Origin: Balanoglossus misakiensis
Lineage: Eukaryota; Animalia; Hemichordata
DNA length: 64,000 nucleotides
Assembly (NCBI GenBank): GCA_040954595.2
Contig: CM082576.2
Location: 2,206,760-2,270,759, forward strand
Direction of reading: 5' to 3'
Position 1 is the first letter of the stretch. Every line of letters begins with the position of its first letter. The position numbers and the translations under genes are program-made. The notes beneath the pieces are model-generated. The model did not search any database, was not told where the DNA came from, and saw nothing but the letters and a program-made list of their open reading frames with translations. Positions 29,801 through 42,628 of this stretch are shown in pieces.

Positions 29801-31491
29801 CAGTGGAAACGCGAGTGGAACAAATAAGTTTAGAATTCTTTTGCAAATGTTCAGATGCATTTTTATTATGGACTTTGACATATAAGAAAAATTCAAATTT
29901 GTTTTTTTCTTCTGTCCAAGGCCGTTTCTTTTGGAATTGGCGTAAGGACTGTGTACTCAAGGATGCAAGAAATTTATTTTGCAGTGCACTGCAGTTTATC
30001 AGATGACTGATATTTCCAAAAATTAGTTGGCAATAAGTTGTTTAAAATGACATTTGACCTGCAGTGCACTGCAAAATAAATTTTTTGCATCCTTGAGTAC
30101 ACAGTCCTTACGCCAATTCCAAAAGAAACGGCCTTGGACAGAAGAAAAAAACAAATTTGAATTTTTCTTATATGTCAAAGTCCATAATAAAAATGCATCT
30201 GATTGCTTGCAAGGCACTGTGTTCCAAAGTGGGACCTCTTGTGTCTGGCATGACAGTAATATTGTTGGAATGTACGACCGCAATTAATCTCAGATCCCAC
30301 AGGAAATCCACCAACTGAGGGAATAATTGCTTACAACCCACTGAGAAACATGGTGGAGATATATTATAGATTTTTTTCTCATCAACTGTCACGAGGGAGC
30401 AGCCGGGAGGAGAAAAAACGATAAACGGTTGAAGAGAAAAGGAGAGCGTAAAATTGGCTAAGCATGTTTGATAGATGTCTGTCTGTCTGCTGTACTGTTC
30501 CACATCTACGGTGAGTGGTGCTTGCGACACTTGTCCGGGATACAAAATTGGTTAAAGTTGCATCAATTTTGTCGGCCAATAAAAAAAAGCCTCACAAACA
30601 AAAAATTCTCAGATTATAAAATTTCAACCATTTTAATCAGTTGGATTAGGCTGGAGTTTTGTGCCAAATGTCTTTGTCAGTTTTTCCGTCATGTGACTGT
30701 GTCTTGGATTGTCTCCCTCCGTGACGTCAGCTGAGAACAAAATCAGGCATTACAATCTCTCATAGTTCTATTCTTGTAAATCCTTCCAGACAAAGCAGGC
30801 AATCCTGTGAAAGCACTTGGCACTAAAGAGAATCTTTTACAACATGTTCGTGTCTACTCAGACAAGCTTTCAAGGTGTTTCACAGCTACAAGGGCCATCT
30901 GTTATCACCTTGTGGATATCTCTGACAGTCACTGGCGAGACACAAACACATCTCCTTGGTCTAGTCTAGGTGAAAACATCTGGCAGATTAGAATCTTGCT
31001 TGTATCATCTGCACAAGCTACTAACGCATTAATTATTTCTGATCTGCATGTAAATTTAATTTTCATTAGTCAGTTAGAATGAGCAATTACTGAAATAAGA
31101 GCGTCAATAAATTGATAAAATTTATCATTCAATTTGCTGCAAATGCATAGTTTTCATGAAGAGATGTCACTTTCATAGTTTCGCACTAAAGTCACACATC
31201 AAACAGAAAAGATGTATATTGTGCAAAAGGGGTGAAACTTACTCTTTTGGCATGGAGCCAGAGTACCGGTCTAGTCGTAGCCAACCTTGAACTTTGGGCC
31301 TCGGCATCCGGGGAGTATCCATGAAATGCCGCCATGTGAGAATCCTGCATGCGTCTCAGTTCGTAAACATTCAGTGCCGTGAGGCTTAGTCCAACGAACA
31401 ACACCACAACAGTCACAAGAAACACACGATTGGTCCAGATCCCACGTCCCTTTGGGCCTCTTCCGCTACCAGTAAACCTCGATGAATACAT
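23875..31491 (-). CDS. Tubulin-tyrosine-ligase-like (TTLL15/ttll-15-type) ATP-grasp protein with an N-terminal transmembrane anchor
   Basis: First coding exon 31243-31491 contains VFLVTVVVLFVGLSLTALNVY. Later exons carry TTL motifs: WDVLWAHDYPF, LNHFPGIGYITNK, FIQEYIQKPYLIDGRKFDIGVY, FELVRFDFVLDEDLNIYLMEVNMSPNL. A Cys-rich tail ends WFREKCILDVRWCI* (stop 23875). A probable non-coding first exon has its donor at about 33013. Confidence 0.88.
29851..30202. repeat. Long near-perfect inverted repeat (144-bp arms, 64-bp spacer) in a TTLL intron
   Basis: 29851-29994 is the reverse complement of 30059-30202, with one mismatch seen. The mirrored ORF translations in the track agree. Confidence 0.93.
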
Positions 31492-33013
31492 CCTTCTCCT
31501 CCTCTTCTTCCTCTTCCTCCTCTCTGTTCAAATTGTGAGGCAATCACATCAATATGTCTCTGCAAGATAAACCACAAATATAGCAGTTATTTTAAACACA
31601 CAAGTAATTTACCAGACACTTATCACAATCATGACTAACACTTGGCACTGGTGACAGTCTCATACATTGTAAAGTAAACTCTTCCAAAAGTGAAATGTAA
31701 AATCCATCAAAAACAATGGGTCGAACATACTGCACAGAAACTCATTACATGATCTGAAGTTGGTTGCTTGACGCGGCATGAGAAAGCAGTCCAACAGGCA
31801 TTCTACAGATCCCACATCAACGCACTGTATTGAGATCACTTGCATACAACTCAGCAGCTCATTTTGACATCAGATGTTGTGCTCATATTAGACCGAGAAC
31901 ACTCGCTGTATATAATATCCTGTCATGATTAGGTCCCCCTAGGTGTGTGCAGAGAGCGTTCGTGCATGAAGCCGAATCCTTAATGGGCTGCCATTCATAA
32001 TGTTGAATTGATTTCAGATTTGTGATATGCAAATAACGAACTTGCATATTGAACCTGAAGAGAATACAAGGCCATGTCTGTATAGACATGAAATGATTTA
32101 TCATGTGAAAGTTGAGCGATAGAATTCTGATTGTCTTCTGTAACACTTATGGTGCTAGTATTATAATAGTATCTAAATGTCATTTTTTATTCATTTTTCA
32201 AAAAATGCTATGTAAATACTGAGTGATGTCTGTATCTGAATTTACTGAAAAGTCACATGTTTCTTTTTCGTCTATTTCTTGGCTAATCTACCCATCTATC
32301 ATTATTTCCCAATAATTCTTACTAAAATTTATGAGTCTGCTGCATTTCATTATGGTTTGCTTGTATGGCTCAGTGAAATCTCACCGCTTTATGACCACGC
32401 TTGACGCTCACACTCAAGCTCTCTAAAACCTCTCCATTTATGTTATCACAGATGTATTCAGTCATTTGAGTAGCACTCAGATACACGTTATGAACACACA
32501 GCAAAATCAATACATTGTCAAATAGTGTTATGTCAATGGCCCATCAAGATGTGGTTTTGATCAAGAAGTCAGTTGCACCTTTTAATTCTGACTGGGCTGA
32601 CAATTTTTACAATGATTAATAAAAAGCAAAGTTTATGATTATGATGAACAAGAGGAATGTGTCAAAGGTGTAATTTTCTTAATTAAATACCAAACAATAA
32701 TTGTGGAAAACGTACCGATATTTTATTGCAATGTTTCCAACAAGCTTCATGTAGTAAACACTATTTAATCATCCATTGATTACAGTGTGGTGTTTGAGTG
32801 CTTCAAATAAAGCGTAAGTAATATACTACCTCTGAAACGCCCTGGGGGAAAATGCCATTATGCAGAGCTACAGTGTTGCCTGCTCTAGTGCTATGTGCTG
32901 GAGAAATGTTTTTAAAACAAAATTAACACAAATTTGTCACTTTGGATAATTACATTTCCCACATCGGATCAGCTGTCCTTGACAGTTAGCTTTCAGGTCA
33001 TGACAATCCTTAC

Positions 33014-33589
33014 CTGAAAACTGAAGACTGCAAAGGTCAATGAGACACACCTGTAACTTTGTGTATGAAATCGAACCCTCAGCTGCAAGAGCAAAACTGT
33101 AGTTCCACCTTTAACCGATTTTTCGTGTGGACTTTTAAAATCATTCATTCAGTTATTCTATAAGACTATTCCCAGACGATCGCGGAAACACACGAACGGC
33201 AAGAAGCTAGAGCGAGTGCCAATGCACCAAAGAAGCGCCCACTTGAAGTCCCAACCAAGTGAATGTTGTTGACTGTAACCCGGGACAGTCAACGTTCGTT
33301 GGCAATCAAACCTTGATCTGCGAATCGCAGCTTCAAAATCGTTAACTGCAAGTCAGGTTAGCGCTACAGATCGTAGATCGGACGGCATTTGAGCTGGTGT
33401 CGAGCCCGCAAAGTCGACCTGAATATTGCGATCGTGAGCTCCACGCCCGGCATTTAGCTTCCGTGCACGCGTCCGTGTTTGTTTACGTGCTAGTGCCGCC
33501 CTCTGTGGTAGCATCGTCCAAACCTTTTTGTCGGTGAAAACAAAAGTTTTTATGTCCCTGCGTTTGGGCGCAAAAGGCAGGGAGCAAAG
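33014..33589. promoter_or_regulatory. Probable bidirectional promoter shared by the TTLL-like gene and NOP53
   Basis: CpG-rich stretch between a minus-strand splice donor (about 33013) and the NOP53 ATG, which sits in a YY1-like AAGATGGCG context. Confidence 0.55.
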
Positions 33590-36500
33590 ATGGCGGACAC
33601 CATGACGGGGAAGAGGCGAACACATGGCAGTAAAAATAAGAAGAAAGCTTGGAAGAAAACTGACATAAAGGACATAGAAGAACATTTAGAAGATGAAAGG
33701 TTACAGTTAAGAACGGGGTGAGTATGAAACATTTGATTATCAGTCACTCAGAGAATGTATACACGTACGTGGATATATTGGTGATGTTGATAACGTGGTC
33801 CACATACGGATATTTTGTGGCTTCAAAGTTCAGAAGACTAGAATCGACGAGGCTACGTGATGCCAGTCGTGCGTTCCGATCGCGCCACGTCAGGAACGTA
33901 CGTAGAGAATAGGGGAGGAACCAAATCACCGACAGGTCCAGGTATGTTAACTCAATGAAGCTAACAATGTCTCATTTTATCTGTGCACTACCAGGGGCCT
34001 TGTGGCTGAGAAGACTGATGAACAACTTTTCTTTGTTGAAAAAAACACAGAAGACAAAACCAGTGGTAAGATAACAATCAACTTCGAGAAAATTAATGTC
34101 AACTTTTGCATTCTTTTAGCCTACATCAATTCCGTCTAAACACTTGTTCTTTCACAATCCATTTTGTGTGGGTTTTAAATCACAGCTGGATTGTAAAGCA
34201 ACTGCACAAGTCATATGTTGAACATTGTGTCACGGTCCATCGTGTAATAAACTTTATTTGTAATGTCATCATTCTTGCAGACACGCAGGGGATTGGTAAA
34301 AAGAAAGCAGACAAACCATTGAGATGTTACCAGCATCTGAATCCAAATCCCCACATTAAACCAGTACCAAAGTAAGTCCTTAAATATAACTCTTCTCAAG
34401 ATTGTTGCTTTTCGTGGCTCGGTAGCAATATTGGCATCTGAGATGAAAGCCTTAAAATGCACTGTTTGGAAATTGCAAAAGTGTTCAGTACAGACACCGA
34501 GATAATTAATTTCATTTCTAATCACCGCATCTCTTGAACAGGCCTACATTGAGAGAACCGAAACAGAAAAGCAAAAGGGTTTTAGAAATCGAAGAAAAGG
34601 AAAAAGAAGGTATTTACACCAAGTCCAAGAAAAGGAAGATGGATGAGGCTAATGCTTTCAAGAAAAAACAGGCGGAAGAAAAGGAACGTAGTAAAGAAGC
34701 AGAGAAGAAGTCGTTTGATTTATGGGGAGATGATGGTAAGGCAGATGCATATGTATCAGTGTGTATACTTGTATTTTCTCCTGGTTAGAGCCCAGGGGTC
34801 TGTACATCTACAATTTAGAAAAAAACTAGGGGGACACACCTTAGTATGAATGAAAATTGCAATATGGCAGAATAGCTGAAAGACACAGACTAAAGAATGG
34901 GACTTGTATACATACCCAATGTATAAGATGACAAGAAACTGTTGCCTATGTCACATGCAGTGTTTTAGTGATGTGGGACGAAATGAATGACACCAGTAAT
35001 GAACGAGGTGGAGTCTTTATAACATATCCCTCTATAAACTTTGTCAATATTTTTCCTTTTTTGTTCTCTACAAAGATATTTTGGTTCCTAAAGAAGTGAA
35101 TAAGAAAACCAAAGCTGAACCCAATGAACATTTCTTGAAAGTTACAAAGAAAACTCGTAAAAAGGTGAGTTGCACAGTCTGTTGTTGGACGTATAAGATA
35201 TACCAAAAGGTTTTAATATGGGTTTATTGACATGGTTTTCCTATCCACACTTTTCTACTGACTTTCATCTCGATTTTTTCCCAGACACACAAGTTATACC
35301 ACCAGAAACCCTCAGGAAGACCAGCAGTAGAAGTCGTAGCGTCAGGGGCATCGTACAATCCAACTTACGAAGACCATCAGGTAATGTCAACAGTACATGT
35401 GATTCCCTTTCGTGCTACTGTGACCTTAACATATCACCACACTACCAATGTCATAAATTATTGTAATTAACCCATATTAATTTTCACGTCATTTCTCAGG
35501 CTCTGCTTTTGGAGGCACACAAAGCAGAAATGAAAAGATTGGATTCTGAAAGAGATTTGAACAAGCAGACAAGTGTTCCTCATGTTGACAGGAGAGTCTT
35601 GCAGGTAAAACTGTTCCTTTTAAGTTGAGTTGAAATTGATGCTTATCTCCATGCTTGTCCCAAAATTTCCGTGTCCCAGTTTTGCTGTCAGATTTTTGGT
35701 TGAAACTGAAATTGATGTCCAGATTCTGAAACGCAAGGGAAAGACAAGTGTGTATATAATACAGTGGCAGTGTTACACGACATCTTCACAAACAGCGATG
35801 ACATTTGATGAAATGACTATTCTGTGAAAATGATTGGGTGCATCGAGTAAAATAAATCACGTATTGTTTTTCTTCTTGAATAGGCATCCTATTTACAGGA
35901 AATGTCGGCTGGTCTGTTCAATGATGGTGATGATGATGATGATGATGATAATGATGATGATGACAGTGACGGTAGAGAGGAGAGAAACAGTGAAGATGAG
36001 GATTCCAGTGACAATGCAAGGCCTCCCAATCCACCAGTCAGATCCGATGGGAGGAAAACATTGAAACAAAGACGTAAAGAAAAAGCCAGGAAAGAAGAAG
36101 TAAGTTTACATGAGTCACAATTTGTGAATGAATATGGATCAAATGTACTCATTTGCAATTTCAGTACTGTGACTAAATGTTTGTTATTTGGATTCTTTTT
36201 TGTATGTAAAATTAAACTGCTTGTCATCATTCCCCATTCAGGAAAAGCAACTGCTGAATGAAAAAAATGAAAAAAGGAGGCTCAAAGATGTCTACAGGCT
36301 ACGAAGTCTGAAATCCGAAATCAACAAAAAAGAGGCACAGAGTGAAATAAAGACACGGAAAAGATTTGAGAAGAGAAATGATCCCAACAGAGTTAAGAAG
36401 ATTGGCAGACAGAAGTATCCTTTTGTCCATTTTATAATTTTTGGCTTCTTGTGTTGGCAGTCACCTGGTATTTTAATTGTAAACACGCAATGAACCATTT

Positions 36501-37152
36501 GTATTCCTTGACTGCTTTTGCCAGATATCAAGCTCCTTTTCTAGAGATCAAACTAAGCAACGAACTTGTACCCAATCTTCGGAAACTAAAGGTGTGTATA
36601 CAAATATTAGTTTTAAAATTACCATGGAAATGAAACGGATAACAATATTTATTGGTATATAGTTCCAGATTTGTCAATGGGAAATCTAGTAGCAAATTTA
36701 TGTTGTCATGTTGTATGGCTGACTGTGCAATGTGCATATACTGATAATTCACCAATATGAACAATGTATTTTTTGTTATCAGCCGGAAGGTAATCTCATG
36801 GATGACAGATTCAAAAGTTTTCAAAGAAGAAACATGATACCAGCGTCAGTTCCTATGAAGTAAGTCAAACTTGCCACAAGCTCTGTTAACGTTTGTCTAC
36901 TTTTTCAGTGTTTTGTTTTCTATATCAACTGCAATTTTTTTGTACCAATCCTAAAATATCACACACCTAGGATTTTGCAATAGTCAGGGGAATTTCAAGC
37001 GTGCATGTTACTGGTAATTAAATATTCATAATCAGCAGTGCTTTGACATTGTATTTCCTGCATAGTAATGCTCTTTATCTTTTCTTTCCAGGCGGAAACG
37101 AAAGTATAAATTGAAAATGGTGGAAAAGAGGAGTCATCGAGAGTTTAAGTGA
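33590..37152 (+). CDS. NOP53: Ribosome biogenesis factor NOP53 (GLTSCR2), multi-exon
   Basis: MADTMTGKRRTHGSKNKKKAWKKTDIKDIEEHLEDERLQLRTG, then LFFVEK, VEVVASGASYNPTYEDHQ, an acidic tract, KYQAPFLEIKLSNELVPNLRKLK, PEGNLMDDRFKSFQRRNMI, and RKRKYKLKMVEKRSHREFK*. Confidence 0.95.
36415..36524 (+). other. U12-type (minor spliceosome) GT-AG intron in NOP53
   Basis: 5' splice site GTATCCTTT. Branch site TTCCTTGAC at 36504-36512, 12 nt before the 3' end. Splicing restores RQK-YQAP. Confidence 0.9.
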
Positions 37153-38306
37153 ATGGTGAGCTGAGAGTGGATTTACCCATCCATTATGCAGACATACTTT
37201 AGAATTGTAGGTTTCTGTGCTTTGAGATCAGTATACTCTTGCAGTGTACTAGAAATGGGGGTTGTAATGAAAGTATTCTAGTTTCTGAAATGACCTATAT
37301 AACAGAACTGTTTCTTTTGTATTGCAGATACAAGTGGTTCATATGATTGTATGAAGCTTGGAGGTCATTTGTGGCATCTGTCAAATATCTCTGTAAAAGA
37401 TGCTCAAATGTATATAAGATTACTTTTTACATTGAAGTGAAATAAATCTTATATCAGTATTTAGCAATGATGCAATGTTTTGTTACGGAAACCAGGAATG
37501 ACATCAAAATGGCCATAACAATATTCCTTTACTTTCTGCGTCCTATGAGGGCGCACTTCCCCCGGGACTGAGCTCACGTTTACAGCTCACACGGGTCCGT
37601 TGACCAGCCTCACTATTTTTTGGAGAAAGGCCTTAGCGGGCGAAGATGCGCGAGATTTGTTTTTGTCGGCGCGTTATTTGTGATCATATTGATATGGGAA
37701 AAGGGGTTATGCAAACTCTCCGGTCGGAAGAGCATCGTGGCAAACCACGACCTCTGCAAGTCTGAGTCTTCTCTCGGGGAAGTAGGACTGGCTCGCGAGA
37801 ATGATGAAGAGGAAATCTGAGGAATCTCTTTTTGTTGTCTAAAGACTAAACCTCGCGCGCATTTAGCAGTGTCGCCCATATGTTTTCAATGTCATAACTG
37901 TCACCAGTGTTAACCATGCATGAAAAATGCTTAATCAGATAATACACACGGAAACAAAATAGTTCAAGAAAAAAAAAAACGGTTTAATACATTTTTCGAA
38001 AACAAGATATAGGCCATATGTATTTACAAAATCTCTAACATAACATCTACGAATCTCTCGAAAACACAAAGATGGACAGAACTAGTATTAAAACTTCATA
38101 TTTCTAGTCTAAAACAAGATGTGTATTTACAATATCTATAAAATGAACTACAAAACGTTCACATAAACGAGAAAGAAAACATGGAAAGTAAAAACGAGTA
38201 AAAAATGTTTGACAAGCAGAGAGGCAAAGAATGACACGAGACACGACGGAAACTGGTCTTGAGCAACACGCGATGAGCAGGTTGAGATGTTCTGCTTGGA
38301 TGACTT

Positions 38307-39325
38307 TCAACAGCTTCTTAGTAGACCGAGATTGCGGGAGGTACAAGTGGTTGACTGTGGCCCGTTGACGAAAAGGCGGCGTCTGGCGCTTGATCTGTCG
38401 TCACGGTCTTCACCAGGGGTGAACACACTCTGCAAAAAAAAAGGCAGGAAGATCGGTGAGGTGAACGCGAGCTATTTTTCACATAGTTTTACATAGGAGT
38501 ACAGGAGTCACATATTCGTCTGGTTTGTGAGCACAAAATAAAAAGCTCGTAGCTCACTCTACGGTCTCTGGTCAAATGACGCGTTCGGCCACTGTCACGG
38601 TCATTCCACGATGTGATGAACGAAATCTAGTCGCATCTATCGAAAGAGTGAAGACTATAAACGGTTATTACAACGGGGATGCACTGTGTACTTACATTCG
38701 CGGTGACGAAAGTCGACATCGGAACAACACGAGCACGGAATTGCCCAGTGACCACACTTGTGTCTTCGTCATCATCATCGGAAGCCGTGTCGGCCACGGT
38801 CGGGCTGCCTGCTGTCTTGCCTTCCTCGCTGGGTCCGCTTGTTTGGTCTCCGTGAATCTCATTGGGGATAATGGTTTCGAGAAAATCTGAAATAGCCAAG
38901 TCAGAATGACAGTGAATGCAAAACTGCTCCAAATGCTCTAAAAAATACCTAGATTTCGCTATGAATCCAAGTTGGTCCATTAAAAGTTACAGTATAACAT
39001 GTAAAGAGCCCCGTAACGAACCGTGGGCTGTGAGAGAGTCCAGGTCGGAAGGGGCTATTCGTTCGAAAAATAATAATTTTCACTTACCAAGTAATGACTG
39101 TCGTTCCTCACAGCTGTCCTCACTGCAACAGCTACACGGCCACCAGTCGTCTTCGTTTTCAGAGCGCCCTGGGGATGGGGGCGCGCCACCGTCCAAGTCG
39201 TCAGCTTCATTTTCGGGCAGCCGGAAAAGCGGGATGTCGGTTGACAGGAACTGGACGCTAAGGTCTGGCAGAGACTGCAAGCTAGAAAGAAAGTCGAAAA
39301 CATCGTTGGAAGTCTGGAAAGACAT
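38307..39325 (-). CDS. Homeobox-cluster paralog A, homeodomain largely deleted, about 183 aa
   Basis: Exons 39088-39325, 38696-38886, 38307-38429 (intron phases 1, 0), open frame. Exon 1 (MSFQTSNDVFDFLSSLQSLPDLSVQFLSTDIPLFRLPE) is homologous to paralog B and has the same length (238 nt). The last exon SVFT...ARRRLFVNG aligns with B's NWFT...VRRRLRFSEKNG. TATA box (TATATAAA on the minus strand) at about 39426-39433. Confidence 0.75.
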
Positions 39326-41443
39326 GGTTATAGAATTTTGATGCGATGATATCTGGAATGCGTCGTGAGTTGCGATCAGGATGGAAGCTAACTCGCTGTG
39401 TGATGACAGGGAGCTAAGGGGTGGGTTTATATACCGTAAAAACAATAGAAATATATACATTCACACTTTTTCAAACAAAACTGACGTTCCGATGGCCTTA
39501 TCACGGATCAAGTATAATGGAATGTGCACCGAATGGAGGGATTACATATGTGTTATTATTGTCGGGAAACTTTTATGTTGGACGAATTCACACCTTTAAT
39601 TAAACAATGCTCCACATAAACACCAGTACCAGCAGACATGGCGACGCCAAGCTCCTGTTCTCGGAATCTCAAGGTGGGCGTGTCCCCAAGATCCGTCACA
39701 ACATGGACGAACGAAGAAGACTCCACAACATGGAAGTTGAGAACTGTCACGACTGGAAGTTGTCTCTGTAGTATATATCACGATTTCCTTCGTATTTCTC
39801 GATCCTGAGTAGGCCCATACTCTGCAGTGGATAAGACGAGAAGGAAGGCGCGTGTAGCACATGGATGAAAACATGAGCAGCGCAACCACGTGTCCAAATA
39901 AACACCTTTGTCCAGAAAAACGTGTCAGACAAAACCTGACTGACAAACAAACAAACAAACAAACAAGTCAAGCCTGTTCTTCTCCAGACGGACCGAGGTG
40001 TGGACTGCTTTCTCACGCCACAGTGGCGCTGTTCTGGAATTCCCTGCAGGAAAAAGACACCTGTTCTGCATCCAGGTACTTCATGTTGCATCAACCACGA
40101 TCGACGTCCGGCGTCCCTCGAGTGAACGGAGGGCGATCACGTGAATCACTAGACAAGCGAGCCCAGTAGTTGCTTGATGTTTACTCATCAAGGGGGGCGA
40201 TCTAAATAAGGGTTAATTTTGAAGGTCAGAGATACTAAGATGGGTTAAATTTTTCGCTTAAAACTTATATATCAGTTTCCATCTCTCAATTTCGATGGTT
40301 TGTGATGTATATTTTGATACAGGCTCACAAAACTCTTCATTCGTGTAATGCTGTCTTTTTGTTATTGTTTACATTCCTGGATCTGGGGAATTCCCGAGAT
40401 TTATAGTTGGAGGTGTCAACCACAATCCTCTTGGTTGCTAATCCTTTGACATCGAGTCGTGTTTTCCTTCGCGGTTTCCCACGCCAAACTGGCTCTCTCT
40501 CTCTCTCCTGCGTAGGACCTCCCCTGTAGAAAAAGCCCCTCCCTGCTGGCCCCAACCCATTCCCCACATGTTATTGCCACGGCTGTAACTATTGAAATAT
40601 ATCTAACTGTCCTAGATTTCGTAAATAAGAAGGTGTTCTTTGGTCTAAATTTCTCCCATATCTAACACAAGGATGTCCTTTTTGTTGAGAAGTCCTGGAA
40701 AAAGTGGCATAGCATCTTACAATTTTGCGGAGCAAGCAAGGATGCTCACTTTCCATGTGTGCGCCACCAGCCGGACTGTTGGGCAAATAATCAAATGCCC
40801 AGCCCTCATAGGCAGAAACGAGCTTTATGTGTTGTGTTCTCAATGCATAAGAATACATGGTTGTGCCTAGCTGTGATGAGACCATGTTTTGATTGAAGTT
40901 CTGAGCATAGGTGCTCCTGAAATGAACTTGTTCGGGGCTGCGGGCTGGTTGAAGAATGGCAAACTATCACACAGAATATGATGGGCTGGGGCCCTGACAT
41001 TTGAAATAAAGAAGGGTGGCAGCGAACCAGAATTTGGGAGATTCATTTTTTCTTCAAATGTCTGGCAGAATGTTCATGTTGTTACCTGCATTCGTGGGTC
41101 TGATCACGATGTATTGCTAAAGGATAAATGAAACAAACGATAACGAGTTTTTTCCAACTGAACAAAATATTTTAATACATACAACAAAACTTCAAAATAT
41201 AACACATTTCTGTACACAATGTGATCTTTCTGATTCGAAGGAAGAGACTACAGACAATTAAACGCGAAAAAAATATTTACAATATTTCATGTAAGTTAAA
41301 AAAATATCGAAGTGTTCAGACGCAGTCAAAGAAGTTTAAGCAGTAAAAGAACAGGATTCCAGAGAAAAACGTTCGTGTGTAAACTCGCATGAAAAAAAAA
41401 TGAAATTGTCTGTTGTCGGAGAAGGGTGACGCGAAGGTTAAAC

Positions 41444-42618
41444 CATGGACGTAAAAAGAGAAGGACTTAGGACTGCAGCTTAAGCCCATTCACACCTATT
41501 GTATTCGCTTTGTCTACGCTGTTCTTTGACGTCGGGTGACCGTTGCCGAAGTCAACGTACACAGTGACACACCCACTCTGGTGCTCTCAGCAGTACTCAC
41601 GAAAACTTGCTGTTTAAGTCACAAAGAAGTGGTAAATTACTGTAAAATTATCACCTTTTTTTGTCTCGATGTAACGGAAATAAAGAAGTGAAAACAGAAA
41701 AAATCGACGCATATTTGACCAAATGGCGAACCGATCTTTATAAGCATGCTAAAAAAACAAGACATTTTAAAATCACTCTCACTTTAAAAGTTCAAGGGTC
41801 CTACGTCTAATTTTTGCATTTTAGAGGAGACGAAGCAATAAACTTTCAGAAAATGTGCGTCTTATATGCAGGAGCACATGGCCATTTTCGCTATCCACGT
41901 TCGGGTTTTGACAATTTTCGCGAAGTGCGGTTACTCTATCGCCATAGGATTACACGTAAACCATCAAAGCATTTTCAAAAACAAGACATTTTAAAATCAC
42001 TCTCACGTTAAAAGTACAAGGGTCCTACGTCTAATTTTTGCAGTAAAGTGGAGACGAAGCAATAAACTTTCAGAGAATGTGCGTCTTATAGGCAGAAACA
42101 CATGGCCATTTTCGTTATCCACGTTCGGATTTTGCCATTTTTCGCGATGTGCGGTTACTTTATCGCCATAGGATTACACGTTAAATGATCGCGTCCACAA
42201 TCGTCGACTTCGAGTGGAATTGCCGGTAAACCAAACGGTGCCTACAATATCTGTTCGATCGGCATAAAACCTTAAATGTATGTTGTAATTTGTGGACTAC
42301 ATGACAAGAGCTACCAGCTTGGCCAAAGATGCAATTCATGTTTTTTTCAGCGTAGATTTGGTGCATACGGGCCAAATCTCCTCGATGGTTCAAAGTCAAA
42401 GGTCACGCACATGCGCATTCCATGCAGCCTGGTGTTTATAAACAGACGGAAACACCCGAACAGTACCAAATATACTACCCGAACCCACTCTTGAATAAAT
42501 TACGGAAGTAATCGGATTAAAGTATTACGGAGTATTAGGCGATAACGGAGCGGCGGCAACGATCACCTGAACAATAGCTCAAAGGACAGTCCGAAGTCCT
42601 TCTCTTTTTACGTCCATG
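41444..42618. mobile_element. Non-autonomous DNA transposon, P-element-superfamily-like, 1175 bp
   Basis: Terminal inverted repeats CATGGACGTAAAAAGAGAAGGACTT(a/c)GGACTG at both ends. A 7-bp target-site duplication GTTAAAC at 41437-41443 and 42619-42625. No transposase ORF. Confidence 0.88.
41755..42181. repeat. Internal tandem duplication (period about 224 bp) inside the transposon
   Basis: AAAACAAGACATTTTAAAATCACTCTCAC...GCCATAGGATTACACGT occurs twice (GACATTTT at 41761 and 41985). Confidence 0.9.
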
Positions 42619-42628
42619 GTTAAACGGT

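Noticed and set aside
29742-30287. Pairs of near-identical ORFs on opposite strands
   Set aside because: An artefact of the inverted repeat, with no coding signature.
37530-37880. CpG-rich stretch with small ORFs between NOP53 and paralog A
   Set aside because: No splice structure, terminal repeats or homology that I can recognise. It could be a repeat remnant or an enhancer, but nothing supports a call.
41755-42181. Direct repeats as a CRISPR array or LTR pair
   Set aside because: Only two adjacent units of about 224 bp inside a terminal-inverted-repeat element, in a eukaryotic context with no spacers or retroelement ORFs.
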